Shown here piece by piece: positions 54,436 through 64,000 of a stretch of DNA of 64,000 bases; positions within the stretch are counted from its first letter, which is position 1, and every line of letters begins with the position of its first letter. The notes beneath the pieces are model-generated. The model had not been told where the DNA came from and did no database searches. It saw only the letters and a list, made by a program, of their open reading frames with translations. The translations under genes and the position numbers were made by a program. Origin of the DNA: Camelus dromedarius. Taxonomy: Eukaryota. The stretch spans positions 30,444,001 through 30,508,000 of the forward strand of contig NC_087436.1 in assembly GCF_036321535.1 (NCBI RefSeq), given 5' to 3'.

Positions 54436-55608
54436 CATATATATATTGTATATAGTACATTGGGTGCATGTATCTTTTCAAATTAGAGCTTCCTCCAGAT
54501 GTATGCCCTGGAGTAAGACTGCTGGATCATATGGTAACTCTATTTTTAGTTTTTTAAAGGAATCTCCATACTGTTTTCCATAGTGGTTGCACCAAACTAC
54601 ATTCCCACCAACAGTGTAGGAGGGTCCCCTTTTCTCTATACACTCTCCAACATTTATCTTTTGTGGACTTTTTAATGATGGCCATTCTGACCAGTGTGAG
54701 GTGATACTTCACTGTACTTTTGATTTGCATTTCTCTGATAATTAGTGATACTGACCGCCTTTTTGTGCGCTCACAGGTCATCATATGTCTTCACTGAAGA
54801 AATGTCTGTTTAGGTCTTCTGCCCATTTTTTGGTTGGGTTGTTTAGTTTTTTGTTACTGAGTTTTAATGAGCTGCTCATATATTCTGGAAATTAAGCCCT
54901 TCTCAGTCTCATCATTTGCAAATATTTTCTCCTAGTCCATAGGTTGTCTTTTCATCTTGTTTATGGTTTCCTTTGTTGTGCAAAAGCCTGTAAGTTTAAT
55001 TAGGTCCCATTTGTTTATTTTTGCCTTTATTTCTATTGCTTTGGGAGACTGACCTAGGAAAACACTGCTATGACTTATGTTAGAAAATGTTTGCCTATGT
55101 TCCCTTCTACAAGGTTTATGGTGTCCTGTCTTAAAGGCCTTGAAGCCACTTTGAGTTTACTTTTGTGTACAATGTGAGAGAGTGTTCTAGCATCATTGAT
55201 TTACATGTGGCTGTCCAGTTTTCACAATACCACTTGCTGAAGAGACTGTCTTTTCTCCATTGTATATTCTTGTCTCCTTGGTCAAAGATTAATTGACCAT
55301 AGGTGTATGGGTTTATTTCTGGACTCTCTATTCTGTTCCATTGATCCATATGTCTGTTTTTTGCCAATATCACACTTTTTTGATTACTGTAGCTCTGTAG
55401 CATTGTCTGAAGTCTGGGAGAGTTATGCTTCCAAATTTGTTCTTTTTCCTCAGTATTGCTTTGTCAATTCTGGGTCTTTAGTGATTCCATAAAAAAAATA
55501 GGATTATTTGTTCTAGTTCTGTGAAAAATGTCCTGGGTAATTTGATAGGGATCACATTAAATCTGTAGATTGTTTTGGGTAGCATTGTGGATTGCTTTGG
55601 GTAGTATG
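53918..55608 (-). mobile_element. L1 3' fragment (~1.7 kb) inserted in the MLT1 LTR; contains (TG)~32 at 54368-54432
   Basis: Minus ORFs 55131-55403 ([13 protein letters not shown]) and 54554-54784 (CWRV...HCWWEC) plus 3' UTR; the terminal ~70-100 nt and tail are missing. Confidence 0.9.
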
Positions 55609-57989
55609 AAATGGTTGTTTTTTAATCCACCAAAACTTTCTGTGGTGTGTTATACAGCAACAGATGATTGGAAAGAAAGATGTAGATTAAATCCTATATC
55701 TTTTGTGAACCTCTGCATAAGAATTCCCTTCAAATGTGTTTTTAATGGTTTTTAAACTTCTAAAGTGACTACATGTGGCTTCAACAAACATTGTCTTCAT
55801 TATAATTGCTATTTTACATGTGCAAACACCAAATATCTCTATTTATGTTATATATTATTAGAGAGAAGACTATAGCAAATATTCTTTCTTTGAACTGTCA
55901 GTACTAAATTGTAAAAGTGTGATAGATTAATTCAAATAAAAGGAAAGAACTAAATAATGTATAGAAAATACCACACAGAAAAATGGAGATAGAAAAATTA
56001 AAATTGCATGTAAAAATATGACCTTAATTAACTTTTAGTAATTGAGCAATTCAATACATTAAATAATACTATATATTTTGATAGCATCAATGTGATTCCT
56101 TAAGACATATTAATAGTATATAAATAATACAGAAGAACGAAGAATGAAATAAGGCCTAAGATGACTTTAAAACATTGCTTCCTTTTCATGGCACATTATA
56201 GGGTTTGAAAGTATACCTAGTTAGCTTTTAAAAACACAGCTATTTAAAGTACTGCTCTGTTCCACAGCTAATAAATGGCAAAAGTGGATCTGTTACCCTT
56301 CTCTGAACTCCAAATTCATCGTTTTAATTTTTCCAACTTACATACATTTCAACGCTCAAATTATTTTGGTTATTTTCTTTGCACTTAAAAATAAATGCTA
56401 TTTTCCTCCTTTATCAAAAGATTAAAATTCAGATAATTGATGATACAAAATAAATTTAACATCACTAAATGTTAGAAAGTTAAATAGTGAAAGACTTCAA
56501 TATACTATCAATATTTAGAAAATAAATAAGGTGATTTGATTTAGTGTTCCATTATTTTAGAATATTCTCTTTTTTTAATCTGCTGTAGTATGTTTTGATT
56601 TGTTATTTTCTCCCCTATTCGCACTCTGAAATTATCTTCCTTTCTATCTAGACAATTAATGAAAAAGGTATTCATTGGTTCATTTAAATAAATCTCCTTT
56701 GAACTCATGTTACATTTAATGGTGGCCCTTTTAAATAGGCCATCCCCTTAAATTCAAATGGGAGTACAAATAAATTAAGCCTTTTTCATTTAAACTCTAT
56801 TGACCTGATTCTACTATAATGTATTTTCATAAACACACATCTGTTGTTTATCATGAAAGACTAAACATGTATTATAATTAGAACTCTGCCAGTAATTTAT
56901 TTGTTCTTTAACCACCTGCTTCATACAGGATCATATTATCTTGTGATATAACATTCTTTCATTATAAAAATGAAGTTTATCTATGAGAACATTATCCCAT
57001 GTTTTGAAAATTATCTTGATCTTAGCATACTTATTTTCAGTAAGTGCTTTTGTATCACATTGGCAGTAGTTTTGTAAGCAGAGACTGTTGCTTTTTGAAA
57101 TGTTCTATTATACTAACGATGTTTTAATTATGTAACAAAACAACTATCTTGGCCAATCAGAATGCTCAGTCATTATTCTTACTATTCCCTAGCATTACAA
57201 AACATACCTACCTCTCAAAAATGCTGTTTTCTCAACTTTCTTTCACTGAAGAATTTCCTTATTTATTCCAATACAAATTATTATGATTTTATCATTTTTG
57301 TTCTGAGTAGAATCCATTGCTAAGTTAAATTATCAAAATGTTAATGATTATGTTTAAAGGACTTTTGAGTTTAGTTTGTCTTTCAGATGCAATAAAACTA
57401 AACTATAGGATAGGCAGACTGAACGCACATTTAAAATAACAACATATCAGTGATCACAAATAAAGAGAAAATGATATTTCAAAGATAAAAAAAGTTTCAA
57501 AATTTTATATAACTAATCTAGAACACTGTCTTCATGCATTGGTAAAAACCTACAATGAGTAAACTTCTCCCTTCAAAAATTCCAGCCAATACAATATTTG
57601 CCTCATTTAATGTATGCTGCTTGCCTGACAGGTAAATTATATATACTAGATAGAGATGCAAGGACATTTTGGGGGTTCTCTGTAAAAGACACTTCAAAGA
57701 TATTTAAGATTGGATATTTAAGATTTGGATAAATCAAAGATTCAGAAAGTTGGAATTCAACTAATTAAATGGAGAGCCACATAATTAAATCTAGATTATA
57801 TATTTTTTCTATTTGGATCTGTAATTTGACATGTGGAGGTGAGTGTGGAGACCAGAAAGCTTCATTAACGGGTAATGAGACAAAAGGTAGTAATTAAATA
57901 AAAATAGAGTCAGGGAATATGTTTTCTAGGTATGATTTCTGAGAATTTTAGACAGAATTTTGGGTTTTAAAATGTGTATTTCACCACTG

Positions 57990-58990
57990 AATTACAATAT
58001 ATGTGTGCATCTACTTTTAAACTATCTATTTTGTTCCAGTAAAACTTATTTCTGTCCTTACACCAATCACACACCACATTGATTAAAGTAGCTTCATATT
58101 AAATGGAACTCTGGTAGTCTAAGTCCTCATATTTGTTCTTTTTCCAAATTATTTTGAGTATTTTGGGTTTTTTTTTTTTTTGCAATTCCATATGAATTTT
58201 AGCATCAGCTAATAAAATGAGGAGATTTTTATGTATTTTTTATTGCACAGATTTATTGGGGCAATATTTACATAATACTATTGAATCTTTTGATATAAGG
58301 ACACAGTATAGCTTTTCATTTAATAGGTCTCCTTTAATTTCTCCCCCACCAAATGTTGCAGTATTCAGGGAGAAGTTCATGCATGGTTTTGCACTTTTGT
58401 AAACAGTATAAATATTTAAAATCTTATTTTTAAATTGCTTTCTAAATTTAAAAATATGTAGAAATGTAAGTACATAGAAACTCAATCATTTTTTTTTAAT
58501 GTTCTTCTACACAGGCTTATAAAACCTGGTAGCTCTTTTGTATCTTGTGTACAGTTATATGTGTGCAAACGCAACATCTGCAAATAGGTTTTATTTCTTT
58601 TTCAATCTTTATTACTTTTCTTGCTCTATTGCACCAGCTAGCTCCTCCAGTAAATAATTGGATAGAAATGATGGAAACACACATTCTTGCATTTTTCCTG
58701 ATTATATATGAAAATGTATTCAGCATTTCACCTTTGAGTATGATGGTAACTGTGGAATTTTCACAAATACTATTTATGAAATTTATTTCTATTTAGAAGC
58801 AATTTAGAAATGTATCTCTAGTCCTAGTTTTCTGAATGTTTTTTCCATGAATGTATGTTGAATATTTTCAAAGTGTTTTCTGCATCAGTTGAGATGATTA
58901 TACACTACTTATTCTCTAGTTTGTTAATATGATAAATTACATTGATTAATTTTGAATGCTAAGGCAATCTTGTAGTCCTGGAATAAGCAT
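57990..58990 (-). mobile_element. Old L1M ORF2 fragment
   Basis: ttccatatgaattttagcatcagct, catctgcaaatagg, cagcatttcacc...agtatgatg and ttttctgcatc..ttgagatgat are antisense ORF2 landmarks. Confidence 0.75.
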
Positions 58991-59555
58991 TTCAGTGGTC
59001 TATTATAAACAAACCACATAAACTCAGTGGAATAAAATAACTATTTTTAATATGTGTATGATTCTTTGGCTAAAGAATCAAAATAGGGCACACTGGAGAT
59101 AACATTTTCTCTAACAGGGACAGAGAAGCCAAATGGTAAAATTAACCTGGATTCTGCTAACTCACATTGGACCCTGACATAAGTGAAAAATAAACCTCAA
59201 CTGTATAAAACCACTGATATTTTGGGGTGGCTTCATATAGAGTTAACTTATTTGTGGAAAATAATGTTAACAACCCCATAGAGTTATTGTAAGAACTAAA
59301 GAAGTTAATAATTATAATGTACTTAGACAAGTGTGTGACACATTCAAAGCCCTGTATATGCAATTGTTTTATTAATTAAACATAAAGCATTAAGTGCATC
59401 CTGATTTAATTCATTATACCCTTTCCAAAAATGTTCTGCTTGGTATACAGACTTCATGTTAATTGCATCATCATTTTTAGTTCTGACATATTTCTTGTAT
59501 ACCACTCTTCTTTTCACCCTTACTGTCAAAATCATAGAACTTTATGTAACTTAGG

Positions 59556-59767
59556 ATTTATCAGTCTTGGTACTATTGATGTTTTGGGCCATATAATTCA
59601 CCTGCAGATAGTGGTAGTGGCTCTGTCCTGAGTACCATACAGGTTTTGCCACATCCCTGACCTCTATCCATTAGCAGATTTCCCAGTTGTGACAACTCAA
59701 ATATGTCTCCTCACACTGCCAAATGTCTTCTGGGGAAACAAAACCATCCACAATTGAAAATCACTGG
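59556..59767 (+). mobile_element. MER20 hAT DNA transposon
   Basis: cttggtactattgatgttttgggcc...catccctgacctctatccattag...cccagttgtgacaac...atgtctcc...tgccaaatgtc...ttgaaaatcactg. Confidence 0.85.
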
Positions 59768-60210
59768 TCTAGAATGAATTGAAAATAAAAACTTGTTTGT
59801 TTTATGCATGTCACACAGCATGTCCTTGCCCATAACAGAAATAGCTCTAGCTAATTTAAACAGAAAATGTATTTACTGAAAAGTATTTACAATTGTTGAA
59901 AGGTGGATCAGTCTCCCAAGAAATATCATTAAAACAGCACTGCAAAACTTTTACACCAGGAATGTGGTGTCTCTGTCATCATCTAAAATTTGGGAAATCA
60001 AAATCACTGCCTCAGCTGCTAATTCAAGGTCATACTGTCTAAGGCTTGATCAATGGTAGCAAAGTAAATAATCCATGCTATGCCTCTCACAGCCACAAAA
60101 CCAAAAGAAAACACTGGGATATCTTGTATCACTGAGGAAAAAATGAATCAGATGTCTCCACACATAATCTAACTGCAAAAAGAGATGTCTGACTGTCTCC
60201 CATTCTTGTG

Positions 60211-60655
60211 TGTTGAAGGAGGTCACTAATAGAACGTGACCACCTGTTGGCCGGTGTGACAGACCTGGGCGATCAGAGGCTCCTTACCATATCCTTGAAA
60301 CAAATGTTCCACCAACTGTTCCTATACTAGGAGATACTTCAAGGATGCAGCTTTGAAAGAGTAATGTGTTATTGAGATCTAGGCTGTATATTGACTTAAC
60401 TTCTCTTAGGCTACATAAACTCTAAACATTCTATATAAACTCTTAGGATTCTGGGGTGTGTGTGTGTCTGTGTGTGTGTGCAAATCTACCTGTCTTGCTG
60501 TTACCCAAGATGAGCCTCATACGTAAGTTTTCTTGCTAATTGAAACTGCCAGCTACCAATCTGGAATTGTCTGTCTCTTTTTTAAGTCTCTCCCTCCATG
60601 TATAGGAGCCAGTTTCAGATTTCCCCTGGGGAACTCTCAAGGCTGAGAATGAACA
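60211..60655 (+). mobile_element. 5' LTR of class III ERV (MER54/MER74-group-like)
   Basis: TGTT...AACA inverted termini and TATA-like tatataaa (~60432); followed after 1 nt by a primer-binding site. Confidence 0.85.
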
Positions 60656-60656
60656 T

Positions 60657-60674
60657 TGGCTAGCCAGCCAGGAG
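60657..60674 (+). promoter_or_regulatory. Retroviral primer-binding site, tRNA-Arg(ACG)
   Basis: TGGCTAGCCAGCCAGGAG matches 17/18 to TGGCGAGCCAGCCAGGAG, the complement of the tRNA-Arg(ACG) 3' end as recalled. Confidence 0.85.
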
Positions 60675-60699
60675 ACCAAAGAATGGGCCTTGGGAAAGA

Positions 60700-61080
60700 G
60701 GCATCTGTGGAGAAAATCCCATGTTGAACACTGACCTTTATGTGGGGAGGGGTGGCCCATATGTTAGAAGCTGTGGACCACCACATGAGTACAGGGACAC
60801 CCCAAAATGCCAATAGGTTTAATGCGTTTGTTGAAGAACACCACACAGCACACTCTGGCAAAGATGGGAAATACATGCCTAAAGCAGGGGGTTGGCCTGT
60901 ACCTGGGCAGGTCAGCTGGACACGGAGGCTCAATCAGTGGCTTAAACTCAAGTTAGAAAGTTAGCAGAAAAGCTGAGGTAAAGGAAGCCGTGTAGGTGTT
61001 CACTACTCTGCTAGCTTCAGGACTGGCAGACTAGGTGGAAGAGCAGGATGATAAAGTGGAGAACTAAGAGTGCCAATATG
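60700..61080 (+). pseudogene. gag: gag N-terminal remnant
   Basis: Position after the PBS; MWGGVAHML...GGWPV plus coiled-coil-like QVRKLAEKL and VEEQDDKVE loosely resemble an ERV-S-type gag N-terminus. Confidence 0.45.
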
Positions 61081-61099
61081 CTCCATCCCTATTTCTAAT

Positions 61100-62215
61100 G
61101 GTGGCCCCTGCAGCCTGTAGAGAGGAAATGGGGACAATTCCCCTGATGCCTGATATACAGATGGTCAGGTGGGGCAATCTGCCCACATGGACTGCAGTCA
61201 CTATTCAGCCTAACCTTGATGCCATCGAGATGGACACAGGAGGGAATCACAGCACCCAGTGGGCTAAGCTCAGAGCAGTTTGGCTGGTGATTGATCACTC
61301 ATTACTCCTGGCTGTTACCTTTTTGCACTGATAGTTGGGATGTCCTAAAGGAGTAATCATATGGCTTGGACCATGGGCAGCCAAGGGATAGATGATCATG
61401 TATAAGTCTTTGTGGGGTCAGGATATGTGGAAAGATCTTTGGGTTTGCCTGTAAGAGGCTAAGGTAGTCTTCACTGTTTTCCATGTCCCAGCTCATAAGG
61501 TGCAGACACCCCCTGGCAGTCAGGAAGCTGATGCCCTAGCCCAGGTATAAGCCCTACCAACTGACTACAGTAGACACAGATGATTGGGTGTATAGGAAGA
61601 ATGGCCACTGCACTGCTTAATGGGATGGCTTACTGTGAAAGATGCTAGACTGCCTTTGAAACTGTTACTTGTTTAATGTCATAACAGCATGTCATGTGTT
61701 TTCTAAGCAACACCAAAGGCAACTGCCAAAGAAGTCCGGTGCTGTCCACCAGACTTCCCAACTGGTGATGAATTAGCAAAATGATCATACTGGCCCCCTT
61801 CCTCTGAGTGAGGATTCTAAATATGCCCTATTTGTGTGGACACTGCATCTGCCCTAATCCAAGCTTTTCTCTGTTGCTGCACAAATGAGGGTGTTACCAT
61901 TAGGGAATTAGAGAAAACAACTACCATGTACGGATATCCTCATTGAATAGGCAGTGATCAGGGTCACATTTTAAGGGTAACAATGTGCAAGACTGGGCCA
62001 AAAAAAAAATGACACTGAATGCAGGTTCCATCTCGCCTATAACCCACAGGTAGCAGGGTTGGTAGAAAGGAAGAATGGAATATTAAAGTAGCAGATTAAA
62101 TTACTAACAGGTAAAATCACTTTGACTGAGTAGACTAAAGTACTATCCCAGGCTTTAATATATTTGAATGATCAGCCAGTAGGGCCTGTTGCCCCATATG
62201 CCAGATGGGGAACCC
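61100..62215 (+). pseudogene. pol: pol remnant: RNase H and integrase (class III type)
   Basis: YTDG...WTAVTIQP...STQWAKLRAVWLVI...CTDSWDVLKG...LWGQDMWKDLW...FHVPAH...EADALA (RNase H). QNDHTGPLP...CVDTAS...YGYP..IGSDQG..F...FHLAYNPQVAGLVERKNGILK (integrase DDE core). Several stops and frameshifts. Confidence 0.9.
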
Positions 62216-62729
62216 CTGCTGAGATATCTAACACCATGTGGGTATGGAAGACATGGGAGGCAGCCATTGCCTCAAATTTCACCATGAATTAATGTGCTAT
62301 GCTGCTGAGAACATCAGGCTCCACAATGCCTGAAAGAGGCATTATCTACAGGAATTTGCAGTGGGACATCTCACTGGGATGGACAAGTTACTTTAATCCC
62401 AGGTGGGAGGGAACTACTCAATCGCCCCTGGGATCCCATTGTCCTGATGCAAGCCAGACCGGTTGAAATGCACTACACCTGGAATGGAATATGTACCATT
62501 GAACGAGGGGGAAAAGATGAAAGTCCTTGTCTGTCATATCCTACCCCACGTCCATCTCCTCATGACTGCCAGCTGCCTCCCCTGGCCAACATGTATGAAA
62601 CGCACAATCAGGTCAAATTCCTAAAGCTGCAGCCACACTGACATCTAAGCAATAGGTCAGAAGTATAATTCTTACAGAAGGGGAAGACTTTAACATACAA
62701 GTTCCTACCAAGTATGTCTTTTTGACCTT

Positions 62730-64000
62730 AGACTTCTGCTGTTCCTGTAGTGTCTGGTCACAGGATGGGCACCGGATAGAAATACCTTTCTCAGTGGGCT
62801 CACTTATATGCCTACCCAAGAAATCAACCCAATTATCAGGTATCTAGCAGCTGCCCCTCTCTAGTTCCTTGTCAAGATTGCCACGGTGGGTATCACCACT
62901 CTGAGGAAGGGATTAGAAGGCACTAAAGCCGTATGTTAAGGAAGCTAGGACTAGTACTCTTAATTCTTAATTCATCTTATATTACCAATACTGACCCAGA
63001 AACTGGTCCTGTGGCACACACTTTTAATAATACTCTGCATAGGTATTCTTTTTCTGTCAATCAAACTATACTAGCAGTCCATTAAACTGCTGACTGGGAA
63101 GGGTCCTAAAAATACCATCAGAACCATAGCTGGCTATGCTTAGAGGTGGGATGGGTTCATGCGGCTCATCCCATGTTACAGACATTTGAGCACTCATGCA
63201 CCCGTGTTGAGAACAGAAAAGCTACTCTAAACAGAACCTACCCAAATGTACCAGGTATACTGCATAGGTATCACTGGCACTGAGTAGCCATCCTGTCACA
63301 TAAAAGGATAGCAACTGGTTTGGCACACTGACCGGTTTGCCACCCAGCTATTTATTAGGTAGCCCAGAATGGGACCCAATGGTTATGTGGAAAAAATCTT
63401 TAGTTGTGGCTTCACCTACATGATTGCGACTCTGTACCTTGTGTTTTCCCACTGTAGCAAAAATTGCCAACTTTCCTCTCCTCAAGGCCAGGTGGACATG
63501 TTCTGTTTTCTATGGTATGATCATTTGGCCACCATCTTTGTTCCCTTCATTGGCCCGGAGGACATTATAGCACACAGAGAAAGCCTTAATAATTCACCTA
63601 GCAAGCCTTGAATGACAGTCAACAAAGCCTGTCCTTACTGAGCACTGAAAGGTCTCTAAAGAGAAAAGCTGTCTGCAAAACAGAATGGACTTGGGGCATT
63701 ACCACTGTCTCGCAAGTAGGCACCTGTGCTGTTATCCAAACAGAATGTGTGTATTCATACCTGATGAGTTTGCTAATGTGTCATCTTTAATAAATCACAT
63801 CAGGACACAAGTGAATATCCTGAGTGATCCAACCCCCAGCCTAGGAGACTTAATAAATCAGTTTCAGATCATAGGGCTCTTGGTGGAAAAAAAAAAAACC
63901 AACAGTTACTCATTTTGGAAATCATTACTTTAATCTGTGTTTTCTCTTGCCTGTATCTATATTGTTGCTGTGGTATCTGCCTCCAGCGCAGCCAGAGAGC
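62730..64000 (+). pseudogene. env: env remnant with gamma-type TM (runs off window)
   Basis: SU start NTFL.QWAHLYA..NQPN...LPLSS..RLPRWVSPL; fusion-peptide region WYDHLATIFVPFIG; heptad ALNDSQQSLSLL; ISD LQNRMDL (63673-63693); GTCAVIQTEC(C)VFIPDE (CX6CC broken by a 1-nt loss); TM LLILEIITLICVFSCLYLYCCCGICLQ. Confidence 0.9.

Larger units (their letters stand above)
52331..55675 (+). mobile_element. Second MLT1G/H-like LTR split into three pieces (52331-52353, 53479-53917, 55609-55675) by nested insertions
   Basis: gaggtgggcctcta | cccttaacttgaatctgg...ctgctttgaccaacagaa...cacagagtctatgaatatcataaa | aaatggttgttt...gttatacagcaacagatgattgg are collinear with an MLT1G/H consensus. Confidence 0.7.

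Noticed and set aside
60657..60674. tRNA-like sequence
   Set aside because: Only an 18-nt complement of a tRNA 3' end directly after an LTR; a primer-binding site, not a tRNA gene.

Overview
AT-rich mammalian DNA, either intergenic or deep-intronic. The L1 3' UTRs look cetartiodactyl. I see no ruminant (Bov-A/BovB) or pig (PRE1) SINEs, so a camelid source is my inference. No host protein-coding gene, tRNA or rRNA can be supported, and every long ORF I recognise is retroelement-derived. The window holds: (1) many LINE-1 pieces, including a TSD-bounded 4.4-kb young L1 that keeps its 5' UTR but has lost ORF1, and two clear twin-primed (5'-inverted) short L1s plus a possible third; (2) an old ERV-L pol remnant with a 3' LTR16 and a nested MER67-like LTR; (3) a nested LTR stack (MLT1 > LTR40 > MER76-like, plus an L1) at 52-55.7 kb; (4) a short GC-rich retrocopy of unknown origin; (5) at the right edge, a decayed class III (ERV-S/L-like) provirus with a tRNA-Arg primer site, no protease/RT, but retained RNase H, integrase and gamma-type env. 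Repeat family names come from remembered consensus sequences, not a database search, so subfamily calls are tentative. I found no intact novel protein system.
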